DNA from: a plasmid
Length of the DNA stretch: 64,000 nucleotides
Sequence record: AP025670.1
Direction: 5' to 3' (one strand)
The notes beneath the pieces were generated by a model that ran no database searches, was not told the origin of the DNA, and saw nothing but the letters and a program-made list of their open reading frames with translations. Below, in pieces: positions 27,953 to 42,382 of the stretch. How positions within the stretch are numbered: position 1 is the first letter of the stretch; every line of letters starts with the position of its first letter. A program made the position numbers and the translations under genes.

Positions 27953-28772
27953 GGCACTGTTGCAAAGTTAGCGATGAGGCAGCCTTTTGTCTTATTCAAA
28001 GGCCTTACATTTCAAAAACTCTGCTTACCAGGCGCATTTCGCCCAGGGGATCACCATAATAAAATGCTGAGGCCTGGCCTTTGCGTAGTGCACGCATCAC
28101 CTCAATACCTTTGATGGTGGCGTAAGCCGTCTTCATGGATTTAAATCCCAGCGTGGCGCCGATTATCCGTTTCAGTTTGCCATGATCGCATTCAATCACG
28201 TTGTTCCGGTACTTAATCTGTCGGTGTTCAACGTCAGACGGGCACCGGCCTTCGCGTTTGAGCAGAGCAAGCGCGCGACCATAGGCGGGCGCTTTATCCG
28301 TGTTGATGAATCGCGGGATCTGCCACTTCTTCACGTTGTTGAGGATTTTACCCAGAAACCGGTATGCAGCTTTGCTGTTACGACGGGAGGAGAGATAAAA
28401 ATCGACAGTGCGGCCCCGGCTGTCGACGGCCCGGTACAGATACGCCCAGCGGCCATTGACCTTCACGTAGGTTTCATCCATGTGCCACGGGCAAAGATCG
28501 GAAGGGTTACGCCAGTACCAGCGCAGCCGTTTTTCCATTTCAGGCGCATAACGCTGAACCCAGCGGTAAATCGTGGAGTGATCGACATTCACTCCGCGTT
28601 CAGCCAGCATCTCCTGCAGCTCACGGTAACTGATGCCGTATTTGCAGTACCAGCGTACGGCCCACAGAATGATGTCACGCTGAAAATGCCGGCCTTTGAA
28701 TGGGTTCATGTGCAGCTCCATCAGCAAAAGGGGATGATAAGTTTATCACCACCGACTATTTGCAACAGTGCC
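27953..28772 (-). mobile_element. IS26 (IS6 family), complete 820 bp
   Basis: Terminal 14-bp inverted repeats: GGCACTGTTGCAAA at 27953 and TTTGCAACAGTGCC ending at 28772. The internal sequence is the canonical IS26. Confidence 0.9.
28005..28709 (-). CDS. tnpA: IS26 transposase Tnp26
   Basis: MNPFKGRHFQRDIILWAVRWYCKYGISYRELQEM... is the characteristic IS26 Tnp (234 aa). The ORF-track N-terminal extension (MLMELH) lies upstream of the true start. Confidence 0.9.
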   Translation of the reverse strand: MNPFKGRHFQRDIILWAVRWYCKYGISYRELQEMLAERGVNVDHSTIYRWVQRYAPEMEKRLRWYWRNPSDLCPWHMDETYVKVNGRWAYLYRAVDSRGRTVDFYLSSRRNSKAAYRFLGKILNNVKKWQIPRFINTDKAPAYGRALALLKREGRCPSDVEHRQIKYRNNVIECDHGKLKRIIGATLGFKSMKTAYATIKGIEVMRALRKGQASAFYYGDPLGEMRLVSRVFEM

Positions 28773-31885
<3,113 letters not shown>

Positions 31886-31950
31886 CAGAAAGAGGGCGGT
31901 ACATTCGGTGAATGTGCCGCCCTTTTTCTGGTGCTGGGGGAATACCCCCG

Positions 31951-32373
31951 CTAGTCGTACTGCTCTTCCATCCAGGCCTCGACGATGAGCTGGGCGGAGA
32001 CGCCATCCACGCTGCCCTTGTCCAGGGCCTTGTAGCCGCCACGCTCGAACAGGCGGGCGCGTGCGTCCGTGGTGGTGAGCCGTTCGTCCTTGAATTCCAC
32101 TGGCTTGCCGAAGCGGCCGTGCAGGCGGTTGCCAAACTTGCGGGCCCGCACCGTGATCTCCTGATCCGTGCCGTCCATGTTCAGCGGCAATCCCACCACC
32201 AGCAGGTCCGGCTGCCACTCCTTGAGCAATTTCTCTATCTCGTCCCAGTTGGGGATGCCGTCGTTGGCCTTGAGGGAACGAAGGGGGCGGGCGCTGCCGG
32301 TGATCTCCTGGCCGATGGCGACACCTATGCTCTTGGTGCCGTAATCAAAGCCCATGATGCTGCGTGATGACAT
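31951..32373 (-). CDS. yqgF: YqgF/RuvX-like Holliday junction resolvase family protein
   Basis: 140 aa. [16 protein letters not shown] at the N-terminus is the RuvX signature. Confidence 0.7.
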   Translation of the reverse strand: MSSRSIMGFDYGTKSIGVAIGQEITGSARPLRSLKANDGIPNWDEIEKLLKEWQPDLLVVGLPLNMDGTDQEITVRARKFGNRLHGRFGKPVEFKDERLTTTDARARLFERGGYKALDKGSVDGVSAQLIVEAWMEEQYD

Positions 32374-32432
32374 GGGGTTCCTTACAACGGAATGAGTAAA
32401 AGGGGCCCTTGGGGCCCGCTTGGTACAAGGCT

Positions 32433-32600
32433 AGCTATGCCCCACCTGGCTGGAGAGGTGCAGGGGATTGACGCCTATGCTGATGGCGACAATGGCCTGC
32501 GGCCAGCGTTGGCGGTGCATCAAGGTATCAAACCGCATCAGCTATGCCCCACCTGGCTGGAGAGATGCAGGGGATTGACGCCTATGCTCGCGGCGGCCTG
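32433..32600. repeat. imperfect tandem direct duplication (~50 bp identical core plus diverged tail) spanning the yqgE 3' end and the yqgE-yqgF spacer
   Basis: agctatgccccacctggctggagag[g/a]tgcaggggattgacgcctatgct occurs at 32433 and again at 32540. The following ~40 bp are similar but diverged. Confidence 0.6.
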
Positions 32601-33092
32601 TTGCCAGCGCAGGTGGATGGGGGTGTCGAAGACCAGTTTGGGATTGGGCGGGATCACCAGCCAGGCGCCATCCGCCAGCTCCTGCTCCAGCTGCCCTGCG
32701 CTCCAGCCGGCGTAGCCGAGGGCCACCAGCCAGTGGTCCGGGGCTTGGTCGGTGCCCAGGGTCTCGAGGATGTCCTTGGAGGTGGTGACCATCATCTCGT
32801 CGCTCACCTGCAAGGTGGAGTTGAAGCCCGGGCGGAAGCTGTGCAGCACGAAGCCGCGATCCCCGTGCACCGGGCCGCCCTGCAGCACCGGCTGCTTCAT
32901 CTCGGCCGTATCGGGGGGGCTCAGCTTGAGCTTGGTCAGCATGGTGTCCAGGGACATGTCGACCGGAATGTTGACCACCAGGCCCATGGCGCCTTCGCTG
33001 CTGTGCTCGCACAGGTAGACCAGGGAGCGCTGGAAATAGGCGTCCGTGAGGCTCGGCATGGCGAGCAGGAAGTGATTTTGCAATGTCTGCAT
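32538..33092 (-). CDS. yqgE: YqgE/AlgH family (UPF0301) protein
   Basis: MQTLQNHFLLAMPSLTDAYFQRSLVYLCEHSSEGAMGLVVN matches the YqgE N-terminus. The start was set at the internal Met (33092) rather than the ORF-track start. Confidence 0.65.
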   Translation of the reverse strand: MQTLQNHFLLAMPSLTDAYFQRSLVYLCEHSSEGAMGLVVNIPVDMSLDTMLTKLKLSPPDTAEMKQPVLQGGPVHGDRGFVLHSFRPGFNSTLQVSDEMMVTTSKDILETLGTDQAPDHWLVALGYAGWSAGQLEQELADGAWLVIPPNPKLVFDTPIHLRWQQAAASIGVNPLHLSSQVGHS

Positions 33093-33333
33093 AGAGTGCA
33101 TAGGACTAATAGTGCAAAGGTAGTTGGGGTGATTATGGCAGTTAGGGGCGGCAGGCAAAACCGCTTTTTGCGACCGGGGAAGGCGGTGGATCGCCTCGGC
33201 GCAAGGGGATGAACGGGGCCTTTGAAGACCCCGGTCGGTTTTATTTACCCAGTCGGCCAAACTATCAGGTCAAGTCTGCTTTTATTATTTTTAAGCGTGC
33301 ATAATAAGCCCTACACAAATTGGGAGATATATC

Positions 33334-33681
33334 ATGAAAGGCTGGCTTTTTCTTGTTATCGCAATAGTTGGCGAAGTAATCGCAACATCCGCATTAAAAT
33401 CTAGCGAGGGCTTTACTAAGCTTGCCCCTTCCGCCGTTGTCATAATCGGTTATGGCATCGCATTTTATTTTCTTTCTCTGGTTCTGAAATCCATCCCTGT
33501 CGGTGTTGCTTATGCAGTCTGGTCGGGACTCGGCGTCGTCATAATTACAGCCATTGCCTGGTTGCTTCATGGGCAAAAGCTTGATGCGTGGGGCTTTGTA
33601 GGTATGGGGCTCATAATTGCTGCCTTTTTGCTCGCCCGATCCCCATCGTGGAAGTCGCTGCGGAGGCCGACGCCATGGTGA
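33334..33681 (+). CDS. qacEdelta1: quaternary ammonium efflux SMR protein QacEdelta1 (integron 3'-CS)
   Basis: 115 aa, [27 protein letters not shown]...[13 protein letters not shown], the canonical qacEdelta1. Confidence 0.9.
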   Translation: MKGWLFLVIAIVGEVIATSALKSSEGFTKLAPSAVVIIGYGIAFYFLSLVLKSIPVGVAYAVWSGLGVVIITAIAWLLHGQKLDAWGFVGMGLIIAAFLLARSPSWKSLRRPTPW

Positions 33682-34514
33682 CGGTGTTCGGCATTCTGAA
33701 TCTCACCGAGGACTCCTTCTTCGATGAGAGCCGGCGGCTAGACCCCGCCGGCGCTGTCACCGCGGCGATCGAAATGCTGCGAGTCGGATCAGACGTCGTG
33801 GATGTCGGACCGGCCGCCAGCCATCCGGACGCGAGGCCTGTATCGCCGGCCGATGAGATCAGACGTATTGCGCCGCTCTTAGACGCCCTGTCCGATCAGA
33901 TGCACCGTGTTTCAATCGACAGCTTCCAACCGGAAACCCAGCGCTATGCGCTCAAGCGCGGCGTGGGCTACCTGAACGATATCCAAGGATTTCCTGACCC
34001 TGCGCTCTATCCCGATATTGCTGAGGCGGACTGCAGGCTGGTGGTTATGCACTCAGCGCAGCGGGATGGCATCGCCACCCGCACCGGTCACCTTCGACCC
34101 GAAGACGCGCTCGACGAGATTGTGCGGTTCTTCGAGGCGCGGGTTTCCGCCTTGCGACGGAGCGGGGTCGCTGCCGACCGGCTCATCCTCGATCCGGGGA
34201 TGGGATTTTTCTTGAGCCCCGCACCGGAAACATCGCTGCACGTGCTGTCGAACCTTCAAAAGCTGAAGTCGGCGTTGGGGCTTCCGCTATTGGTCTCGGT
34301 GTCGCGGAAATCCTTCTTGGGCGCCACCGTTGGCCTTCCTGTAAAGGATCTGGGTCCAGCGAGCCTTGCGGCGGAACTTCACGCGATCGGCAATGGCGCT
34401 GACTACGTCCGCACCCACGCGCCTGGAGATCTGCGAAGCGCAATCACCTTCTCGGAAACCCTCGCGAAATTTCGCAGTCGCGACGCCAGAGACCGAGGGT
34501 TAGATCATGCCTAG
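33675..34514 (+). CDS. sul1: sulfonamide-resistant dihydropteroate synthase Sul1
   Basis: [28 protein letters not shown]...RDRGLDHA, 279 aa. The start overlaps the qacEdelta1 stop, as in the 3'-CS. Confidence 0.9.
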   Translation: MVTVFGILNLTEDSFFDESRRLDPAGAVTAAIEMLRVGSDVVDVGPAASHPDARPVSPADEIRRIAPLLDALSDQMHRVSIDSFQPETQRYALKRGVGYLNDIQGFPDPALYPDIAEADCRLVVMHSAQRDGIATRTGHLRPEDALDEIVRFFEARVSALRRSGVAADRLILDPGMGFFLSPAPETSLHVLSNLQKLKSALGLPLLVSVSRKSFLGATVGLPVKDLGPASLAAELHAIGNGADYVRTHAPGDLRSAITFSETLAKFRSRDARDRGLDHA

Positions 34515-34641
34515 CATTCACCTTCCGGCCGCCCGCTAGCGGACCCTGGTCAGGTTCCGCGAAGGTGGGCGCAGACATGCTGGGCTCGTCAGGATCAAAC
34601 TGCACTATGAGGCGGCGGTTCATACCGCGCCAGGGGAGCGA

Positions 34642-35142
34642 ATGGACAGCGAGGAGCCTCCGAACGTTCGGGTCGCCTGCTCGGGTGATATCGACGAGGT
34701 TGTGCGGCTGATGCACGACGCTGCGGCGTGGATGTCCGCCAAGGGAACGCCCGCCTGGGACGTCGCGCGGATCGACCGGACATTCGCGGAGACCTTCGTC
34801 CTGAGATCCGAGCTCCTAGTCGCGAGTTGCAGCGACGGCATCGTCGGCTGTTGCACCTTGTCGGCCGAGGATCCCGAGTTCTGGCCCGACGCCCTCAAGG
34901 GGGAGGCCGCATATCTGCACAAGCTCGCGGTGCGACGGACACATGCGGGCCGGGGTGTCAGCTCCGCGCTGATCGAGGCTTGCCGCCATGCCGCGCGAAC
35001 GCAGGGGTGCGCCAAGCTGCGGCTCGACTGCCACCCGAACCTGCGTGGCCTATACGAGCGGCTCGGATTCACCCACGTCGACACTTTCAATCCCGGCTGG
35101 GATCCAACCTTCATCGCAGAACGCCTAGAACTCGAAATCTAA
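34642..35142 (+). CDS. GNAT-family acetyltransferase orf5 of the 3'-CS
   Basis: 166 aa, MDSEEPPNVRVACSGDIDEVVRLMHDAAAWM...; matches orf5. Confidence 0.8.
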   Translation: MDSEEPPNVRVACSGDIDEVVRLMHDAAAWMSAKGTPAWDVARIDRTFAETFVLRSELLVASCSDGIVGCCTLSAEDPEFWPDALKGEAAYLHKLAVRRTHAGRGVSSALIEACRHAARTQGCAKLRLDCHPNLRGLYERLGFTHVDTFNPGWDPTFIAERLELEI

Positions 35143-35676
35143 CGTCCGTTCGGGCATCGAGGTCCATGTCGGGGTGGGACGGGCCCGTGGCTTCAAGATC
35201 ACTTGCAGTCCGACCGCGATGTCTTGGTTGCGCGAGAGGTTGTCGATATCCTCCACTTCCATCATCAACCCTGGATAATGCCGCCGCCGTCATCGCCGCC
35301 GACGCCCGTGCCGGGCTTTTCGGGCCTGTCAGGCTTGCTCGGCCTTCAGCCTGCCTGGGCGAGATCTCCGGCGGACGGATTAACGGCGGAGCTTCGCCGC
35401 CTTTCGTGCGTGTGAAGGCCGAAGATAGTTCTCTCAAAAACATCCGTTTATGAGAGATACCAAAGCCGACAGTCTGCCGAAGGTTGAAGGTCTCTCAAAA
35501 CTGCCTCTCGCTTCCGATCTCTCACCGATCTACGTTTCTAAGTGTTTTGAGAGGAGAACAGCATGTTGGTGGGGTACGCCAGGGTTTCGACACGTGATCA
35601 AACCCACGCTGTTGATTTGCACCCAAATTTGACCCGGGATTTGCATTGAATTTTGACCCACCCCTTGTTGTCAGAA

Positions 35677-36462
35677 TTATGTCTCGATTTTCAGTTTGCG
35701 GGTCTGTTTTTCCTCCTGCTTATTCTGAGTTGAACTGTGTTTGAAGCGGTAACTTTCATTGCCGGTTTCCAGGATGTGGCAGTGGTGGGTTAGTCGGTCC
35801 AACAACGCTGTTGTCATCTTTTCATCGCCAAACACTCGGCTCCATTCCGAGAAGCTCAAGTTGGTGGTCAGTATCACGCTGGTTTTTTCGTACAGCTTTG
35901 AGAGCAGGTGAAACAGCAGTGCCCCACCGGTTTGGCTAAAAGGCAAATATCCCAGCTCATCCAGAATCACCAAATCGGCATACAACAGACGGTTTGCGAT
36001 TTGTCCCTGACGCCCAGATGATTTCTCTTGCTCCAGTGCATTGACCAAATCCACGGTGGAGAAGAAACGCACCCGTCGGTTCAAGTGCATCACTGCTTGT
36101 GTACCAATGGCTGTGGCCAGGTGAGTCTTGCCTGTGCCTGGCCCACCAATCAGCACCACGTTCTGGGCTTGTTCCATGAAGTCGCACCGGTGCAATTGTT
36201 TGACCGTGGCCTCATTAACCAGGCTTTGACTGAAGTCAAAGCCCACCAAGTCCCGATACACGGGGAACTTGGCCACCCGCAATTGATAGTTCACCGAACG
36301 TACTTCACGCTCTGCCACTTCAGCTTTAATCAAGCTGTCCAGCATGGGCAAGGCTTGATTAAATGCTGGTGAATTCTGATTGCCCAACTCCTCAATGGCG
36401 TGTGCCATGCCAAAGAGTTTCAAGGATTTGAGGATTCTCACATGGCCTTCATGCTGCATCAT
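35677..36462 (-). CDS. istB: IS21-family helper ATPase IstB
   Basis: 261 aa with Walker A GPGTGKTH and Walker B DELGY. Confidence 0.85.
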   Translation of the reverse strand: MMQHEGHVRILKSLKLFGMAHAIEELGNQNSPAFNQALPMLDSLIKAEVAEREVRSVNYQLRVAKFPVYRDLVGFDFSQSLVNEATVKQLHRCDFMEQAQNVVLIGGPGTGKTHLATAIGTQAVMHLNRRVRFFSTVDLVNALEQEKSSGRQGQIANRLLYADLVILDELGYLPFSQTGGALLFHLLSKLYEKTSVILTTNLSFSEWSRVFGDEKMTTALLDRLTHHCHILETGNESYRFKHSSTQNKQEEKQTRKLKIET

Positions 36463-37972
36463 GGGCTCTCCTTAAACTGTCATAGCGGTTCACGTTGGCC
36501 TGTGGTTCCAATGTCAGCCTTAACCCCTTGGGAATTGGAATCGGTTTGGGTGGAGGTTCTTCGGTCAAACGTCCCAACAGATTAAGCACATGCTCCTTCG
36601 ATGGCTTGCCACACTCCAATGCCAATTCCACAGCACTGAGTACCGCACCTTCATCGTGGTGCAATACAAGGGCCAGAATTTCCACCATGTCACGGTCACC
36701 GCCGGGGCGTTGCAGCAAGATGGATTGAAGCTTCTTGAACGCGGGTGGCAATTCAGCAAATGGCGCACCATTGCGCAACGCCCCAGGTTTCTTCTGAAGC
36801 ACAGACAAGTAATGGTGCCAGTCGTATTGTGTGTGGCCACGCCGAGCGTGGCCACTGCCAAACAATCTTGGATGCTCGGCAATGTGTTGGCCTTCGGCAG
36901 CCATCACCAGCTTGTCTGCATAAATCCGAAGGCTGATGGCCCTGTTGGCGTAACTGGCAGGAACGCTGTAGCGATTGCCCTCGTGGTGAACAAGGCAGGT
37001 TGAAGTGACTCGCTTGGTTTGCTCCACGAATGCATCAAAGGCATTGGGTAGCGCCATCAACTCGCCTTGTTCATCGGCAAAGGCCTCTTGCACGGTTTGG
37101 TCCAATTCGGGGTGGCGCAGCTCAGACCACAGCGCTTTGCAGCGATGCTCAAGCCACACATTCAAATCAGCAAGGCTTTGAAAGTCTGGTGCCCCTTGCC
37201 ACAGGCGTTGGCGGGAATCCTGCACGTTCTTCTCAATCTGGCCTTTCTCCCAACCCGATGCTGGATTACAGAACTGCGCATCAAACAGGTAGTGGCTGAC
37301 CATGGCAGTGAACCGCTGATTGACCCTGCGCTCTTTGCCACGCCCCACCGAATCCACAGCGGTCTTCATGTTGTCGTAGATGCCGCGCTTGGGAATGCCA
37401 CCGAAGATTTGAAAGGCATGCCAGTGGGCATCAAACAGCATTTCATGTTTTTGCTGGTAGTAAGCCCGAAGCACAAAGGCCCGGCTGTGGGCCAACTTAA
37501 ACTGGGCAATCTGAAGTTTGACCTGTTTGCCCGCTATGCGGGCAAAGTCCTCACTCCAATCGAATTGGAAGGCTTCGCCACAAGCAAAGCGCAAGGGGAT
37601 GAAACAACCCTTGCCCGAGGTTTGCGCCTTGAACTGTTCGGAATCTTTCCACTGTCGGGCAAAGGCACACACTCGGTCATAAGACCCGGTAAAGCCCAAA
37701 GCGACCAAATCCCGGTACATGCTGCGCAGGTTTCTGCGCAGCTTCTTTGTCTTTTTGTGCTCGGTGGAGAGCCACTGCCTTAACTTGGGCTCAAAAGGAC
37801 TTAACTTGCCAACGCTGTCTCGCGCTGGGTACTGCGGTTCAACCACCTTGCTTTGCAAATACTTGCGAACGGTGTTCCTGGACAGGCCGCTTCGTCGGGC
37901 TATTTCCCGAATCGACGCACCATCGCGAAAATGCCAGCGTCGAATTGCGCTCAATATCGCCACGTTTATCAC
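36449..37972 (-). CDS. istA: IS21-family transposase IstA
   Basis: 507 aa with an N-terminal HTH and a DDE domain. Overlaps istB as in IS21/IS1326. Confidence 0.85.
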   Translation of the reverse strand: MINVAILSAIRRWHFRDGASIREIARRSGLSRNTVRKYLQSKVVEPQYPARDSVGKLSPFEPKLRQWLSTEHKKTKKLRRNLRSMYRDLVALGFTGSYDRVCAFARQWKDSEQFKAQTSGKGCFIPLRFACGEAFQFDWSEDFARIAGKQVKLQIAQFKLAHSRAFVLRAYYQQKHEMLFDAHWHAFQIFGGIPKRGIYDNMKTAVDSVGRGKERRVNQRFTAMVSHYLFDAQFCNPASGWEKGQIEKNVQDSRQRLWQGAPDFQSLADLNVWLEHRCKALWSELRHPELDQTVQEAFADEQGELMALPNAFDAFVEQTKRVTSTCLVHHEGNRYSVPASYANRAISLRIYADKLVMAAEGQHIAEHPRLFGSGHARRGHTQYDWHHYLSVLQKKPGALRNGAPFAELPPAFKKLQSILLQRPGGDRDMVEILALVLHHDEGAVLSAVELALECGKPSKEHVLNLLGRLTEEPPPKPIPIPKGLRLTLEPQANVNRYDSLRRAHDAA

Positions 37973-38073
37973 TCCTTGATTTCTCCCGCCATATCCAGAC
38001 GGGAAACAGTGTCATACGTGGGTCAAATTTCGACGCAAATCTTTACCCTAAGTGGGTCAATTTTAGATGCAAC

Positions 38074-38943
38074 TCAACAGGCCATGCTGAGTGTGCGATG
38101 GTTGATCGCTTCCTCGCCGCTCTCCACGGCGACGATGGCCGCCGCCATCAGCAAGTGCGCCAGTTCCCCTATGGTGCCCTCGCTGCGTGTGAGCAGGTAG
38201 CGAGCCATGTCCAGCGTGGCAATTGGGGAAGGCCGGCGCAGCGGGAGCGAAGCGGCGAAGCTGGCCAGCAGTGAGCAGCAATCGTCGTTGGCCTCCCATA
38301 CCGGCAGCATCATCGGCTCGAAGCGATTTTCCAACTGGTCATCGGAGCGGATGGCTAGGTAGGCGTCGCGCGTGCCTACCCCAACCAACGGGATGCGCAG
38401 TTCGTTGCCGAGGAAGCGCAGCAGGTTGAGGAATTCCCGGCGGTTGACGCTGTTGCCGGCCAGCACGTTGTGCAGCTCGTCGATCACCAGCATGCGCACG
38501 CCGACCTTGCGCAGCAGTGCCAGAGCCAGTTGCTCCATTTCCGGCAACCGTGGGCGTGGGCGCAGCGGCGCGCCCATCGCGGCGAGCAGCGCGACGTAGA
38601 AGCGGATCACGGACGGCTCGGACGGCATCTGCACGACCAACACCGGGATGTACTCCTGGTCGGCGTCGGAGCTGGCCGGGTGGGTGCGGCGGAACTTCTC
38701 GACGATCATCGACTTGCCATTGTTGGTCGGGCCAACCAGCAGCAGGTTGGGCATGCGTTGCTTGTTTGGCCACGCATAAAGGGCTTCCAGCCGGTTCAGC
38801 GCCTCGACTGCGCGCGGATAGCCGATCCAGCGGTCGGCGCGAAGGCGCTGGATGCGCTCGTCCGCCGGAAGACGGGCCAAGCCCTGGGCCGCCGGCAGCA
38901 GGTGGGACAGGTCGATGATGGGATATTCGTCCACGGCTACCAC
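38074..38943 (-). pseudogene. tniB: tniB-delta1 (3'-truncated Tn402 TniB ATPase)
   Basis: Matches TniB (…GPTNNGKSMIVEKF…) but ends …AINHRTLSMAC where the intact TniB continues. This is the IS1326 junction, as in In2/In0. Confidence 0.8.
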
Positions 38944-40619
38944 TCCTCAATCTGGTCGAACGGTTTGGCGGGTGGCAAGTTGTCTGCCTGCGGGTCGGCA
39001 ATATCCGTATCCGGCGGAACGGGCTTGTCCGGCCGAGCTGATGTCTTGAGGTGCTGGCGGCGATCCGCGTCACGCCGCGCCTTGCGTGTGGCCTTCTGCG
39101 CGCTGGTCACAATCTCACGCATCTGGCCGATCATGCGGAACAGCGCCGACTCATCCACCTGTTCGCGCCCTTGCTGCCGCAGTTTCGCCAGCGCCTGCCG
39201 TTGTTCCCAGAGGGTGACAGCCGGATGCGACAAGGTACGGTAGGGAATTTCCAGGTAATGCTGTCCCTCCGGTTCCAGGACCCAGATACGGCTGATGTCG
39301 CGCGGATCGCGCCGGATCAGAAAGGACGGCCAGCGTTCACGCCGCGCAATCCACGGCTTGAGCGCATCGGCGTAGTAGTGGATGTGGTCGATGACAAAGC
39401 CGGTGCGGGTCAGCGTGCGCCGGAGGATCGGCAGAAAATCGACCAGGAACGAAGTAGCGCGTGTGACGACGGCCGGTACGCCGACACGCGCCACGGCCTC
39501 GGCCCAGCGCGCGGCCGGCGGTTGGAGCAGGCCGTTGTGCACCGAACCGTGGTAGGTGCCGACCGCCAATGTGAGCCAGCGCTCTAGCTCGCGCAGCGTC
39601 AGGGCGGCCTTGTTTTCGGAATCGTAGTCGCCGCGCTGGTCAGGGTTGGAGAAGGTCGTTCCCGGCAGTTCGTCGTGAATCATCTGCATCGCCGTGCCGA
39701 TGATCCGTTCCACGATGCCGCCATAGTGCGGCTGTCCCAGCGGGCGATAGTCCAGCCGGATGCCATGCTGCTCGCAACCCCGGCGCAGGGCCTCGCTCTT
39801 GAACTCGGCCGCGTTGTCTAGGTAGAGCAGCAAGGGCTTGCCGCTCATCTGCCAATCCATTTCCACGTTCAGTCCTTCCAGCCAAGGGCGCTTGTCGCAG
39901 GCGACATGCACGAGGCACAGGCCAACCGAAACGGCAGACGGCGCTTCCAGCGTGACGACCATGCCGAGCACGCAGCGGGTGAACACGTCGATGGCGAGGG
40001 TCAGGTACGGGCGGCCAATAGGTTGCCGGTCGCGGTCATCGACCACGATCAGGTCGATGACCGTATGGTCTATCTGCACCTGCTCCAGCGGCGCGGTCAC
40101 GGCAGGAGGCTCGCCGCCCACACCTTGTAGGTCACGAGCGGCATCCTGGCCTTCCCGCCGGCGGATGACCTTGCGCGGGTCAAGGCTAGCGATCCGTAAG
40201 GCCACGGTATTGCGCGCCGGCACTCGCAGTTTTTGAGCCTTGCACACCTGAGTGACTTCGCGGTGAAAGGCCGCTAGGCTGCGCTTCTGCTTGGTCAGGA
40301 ACCGCTTTTGCAGTAGCTCGTGGATGACGCGCTCGACCGGTTCCGGCAAGCGCCCCTTACCTTTACCTCCACCGGACTGGCCGGGCACCAGATCCGTCAC
40401 GAGGCCGCTGCCTTGCCGGGCACGCCGGATCAGAACGTATACCTGGCGCCGAGACAAGCCCAGCGCCTGAGCCGCCATATCGGCCGCTTCGTGCCCGACC
40501 GTCTCCGACTGCGCCAACGGACTGATGATCTCCGCACGACGGCGCGCACGCTCCCAAGCCTCATCAGGCAGAGTGGCCACGCCTTGTTCTGGAATCCGTG
40601 GGGTGTCCGTCGCCATGCT
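38937..40619 (-). CDS. tniA: Tn402-family transposase TniA
   Basis: MATDTPRIPEQGVATLPDEAWERARRRAEII... DDE transposase. The start is set at MATDT. Confidence 0.85.
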   Translation of the reverse strand, partial: SMATDTPRIPEQGVATLPDEAWERARRRAEIISPLAQSETVGHEAADMAAQALGLSRRQVYVLIRRARQGSGLVTDLVPGQSGGGKGKGRLPEPVERVIHELLQKRFLTKQKRSLAAFHREVTQVCKAQKLRVPARNTVALRIASLDPRKVIRRREGQDAARDLQGVGGEPPAVTAPLEQVQIDHTVIDLIVVDDRDRQPIGRPYLTLAIDVFTRCVLGMVVTLEAPSAVSVGLCLVHVACDKRPWLEGLNVEMDWQMSGKPLLLYLDNAAEFKSEALRRGCEQHGIRLDYRPLGQPHYGGIVERIIGTAMQMIHDELPGTTFSNPDQRGDYDSENKAALTLRELERWLTLAVGTYHGSVHNGLLQPPAARWAEAVARVGVPAVVTRATSFLVDFLPILRRTLTRTGFVIDHIHYYADALKPWIARRERWPSFLIRRDPRDISRIWVLEPEGQHYLEIPYRTLSHPAVTLWEQRQALAKLRQQGREQVDESALFRMIGQMREIVTSAQKATRKARRDADRRQHLKTSARPDKPVPPDTDIADPQADNLPPAKPFDQIEEW

Positions 40620-40731
40620 CACCTCGCTTTGGTGCACACGAGTATTGAGCATAGTCGAGATTGGTGCAGATCACTTCTGATATTGAACTGTCAGGAGCTG
40701 GCTGCACAACAGCCATTACGCCCAATCAACT

Positions 40732-40756
40732 GGTGCAGTCGTCTTCTGAAAATGAC
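40732..40756. repeat. IRt, 25-bp terminal inverted repeat of the Tn402/class 1 integron tni module
   Basis: gtgcagtcgtcttctgaaaatgaca is the reverse complement of TGTCATTTTCAGAAGACGACTGCAC. Confidence 0.75.
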
Positions 40757-40797
40757 ATCGTTTGCACATGGCATCTGACATCAAGTTAGGGTATGCC

Positions 40798-41787
40798 TCA
40801 GTCTGACAGTGATGAGTCGCAGGCGTTCGGATCGGCATCGGTTTCGCTCCCGGTCTTGGCGCGCGCCTGGAAGCGCTGATAGCACTCCAGCCCGCAGAAG
40901 TGCTCGACGTATTCCGCGCCTTCCGGGGTGAAGGCGGCATCGAGCGGGATTTCCTTGCAGCACACGCAGCAACTGGTGGCAGTCGGATCATTTGCATTCA
41001 TGGTGGCACCCCTCCATTGACTGACGAAGACGGCGAATGCCGCCGCCGGCATCGGCTTGGCGAACAGGAAGCCTTGTCCTGTGTCGCAGTCCGCTTGTCG
41101 CAACAAATCAAGACTCGCCGATGTTTCCACGCCTTCGGCCACTACTTCCATGCCAAGCCCATGCGCAAGCTGAATCACGGTGCGCACGATGGTCTGGTCG
41201 CGGTGGTCGTTGGCGAGTCCGGCGACAAACGATTGGTCGATCTTGAGCGTGCTGATGGGGCAGCATTTCAGGTGTTGCAGGCAGGAATAGCCGGTGCCGA
41301 AGTCGTCGGCGGCGAAGCGCACACCGATCTGTCGCAAAGCTTCCAGGGCGGGGAAGATCGCCGGATCACCGAACGCAACCGATTCGGTCAGCTCAATTTC
41401 AAGATACGCGGCGGGCAACCCGGCATCGGCCAGCACGCCCTTTACCCACTTGTCGAAATCTGGCCCCACTTGGCTCGCCGAAACATTGACGGCCAGCCGG
41501 AACGGTTGCCATGCCAGCACCCGCCAGTCGCGCATTTGACGGCAGGCTGCGCCCAGCACCCATGCGCCGATTTCCGGCATCAGGCCGGACGATTCGATCA
41601 CGGGCAGGAACTGGCCCGGCGGCAACAGTCCGAGCGTCGGATGACGCCAGCGCAACAGGGCTTCCGCGCCGACAATCTGCTCACTGCGCAAATCGACAAT
41701 CGGCTGGTAGTGCAGCTCAAGCTGCCCGCGCTCGACCGCCTGCGCCAGTTGCGCCACTGTCCATTCAATTGGCTGGGAAGCGCTCAT
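40798..41787 (-). CDS. urf2: urf2 (EAL-domain protein of Tn21-family transposons)
   Basis: 329 aa starting [17 protein letters not shown]-domain motifs QPIVDL and EALLRW. The ORF-track N-terminal extension is spurious and overlaps merE/merD. Confidence 0.7.
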   Translation of the reverse strand: MSASQPIEWTVAQLAQAVERGQLELHYQPIVDLRSEQIVGAEALLRWRHPTLGLLPPGQFLPVIESSGLMPEIGAWVLGAACRQMRDWRVLAWQPFRLAVNVSASQVGPDFDKWVKGVLADAGLPAAYLEIELTESVAFGDPAIFPALEALRQIGVRFAADDFGTGYSCLQHLKCCPISTLKIDQSFVAGLANDHRDQTIVRTVIQLAHGLGMEVVAEGVETSASLDLLRQADCDTGQGFLFAKPMPAAAFAVFVSQWRGATMNANDPTATSCCVCCKEIPLDAAFTPEGAEYVEHFCGLECYQRFQARAKTGSETDADPNACDSSLSD

Positions 41788-42020
41788 GATCGACCTCTGA
41801 AGGCCCGCAGCAGCCGCGTCACAGACAGGACAAACAAGCCGGTCAGCGTGAGGGCTGCAATACCCCAGTGCTCGCCGATGAACGCGCCGGCCGTCGTGCC
41901 GGCCAGCACAATGGCGAGAATCGGCAAATGACAGGGACAGGTGAGCACCGCCAGCGCACCCCACAGGTAGCCGGTGAACGGCTTGTGTGTCTCGGCCGGC
42001 ATGCGCTCGGGGCTGTTCAT
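41784..42020 (-). CDS. merE: MerE mercury transporter
   Basis: 78 aa, [41 protein letters not shown]... Confidence 0.8.
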   Translation of the reverse strand: MNSPERMPAETHKPFTGYLWGALAVLTCPCHLPILAIVLAGTTAGAFIGEHWGIAALTLTGLFVLSVTRLLRAFRGRS

Positions 42021-42382
42021 GGCAAACTCTCCGCATGCTGTGCCGGCGCGGTCGGCATGGCGGCCAACTGCACTTCCAGATTGGCCAACGCTTCGCGCCG
42101 GCGTTCGACGAACTGACGCAGCACAGCAAGCTGCGCGGCAGTTTCATCGCAGTTCGCCGCATCCAGCGCCCGGCACAGCCGCGCCAATGCGCCGAGGCCG
42201 ATGCCCGCCTCGAAGGCGGCCCGCACGAAGCACAGTCGCTGCAAGGCGGCGTCATCGAACAGGCCGTAGCCACCCGTGGTGCAGGCGACTGGCCGCAGCA
42301 ATCCGCGCAGCAGGTAGTCGCGCACGATATGCACGCTCACCCCGGCATCAAGGGCCAGCCGGGACACCGTGTAGGCGTTCAT
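42017..42382 (-). CDS. merD: MerD co-regulator
   Basis: [29 protein letters not shown]... HTH. Start at 42382, preceded by GGAGG. Confidence 0.8.
   Translation of the reverse strand: MNAYTVSRLALDAGVSVHIVRDYLLRGLLRPVACTTGGYGLFDDAALQRLCFVRAAFEAGIGLGALARLCRALDAANCDETAAQLAVLRQFVERRREALANLEVQLAAMPTAPAQHAESLP

Larger units (their letters stand above)
35590..38085 (-). mobile_element. IS1326-like IS21-family element (istA-istB) inserted in the tni module
   Basis: Both ends carry repeated tttgaccc / gggtcaaa motifs typical of IS21 multiple terminal repeats. Contains istA and istB. Truncates tniB. Boundaries are approximate. Confidence 0.7.

Noticed and set aside
34018-35453. ORFs 34053..34259, 34183..34443, 34444..34716, 34620..35114, 34728..35453 and 35111..35443 overlapping sul1 and orf5
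   Set aside because: They are alternative-frame or antisense ORFs inside conserved 3'-CS genes, and are GC artefacts.
38063-40557. ORFs 38339..39073, 38470..39243, 38517..38918, 39051..39587, 39838..40236 and others overlapping tniB/tniA
   Set aside because: They lie antisense or out of frame within well-known tni genes. They are Arg/Pro/Ala-rich GC artefacts.
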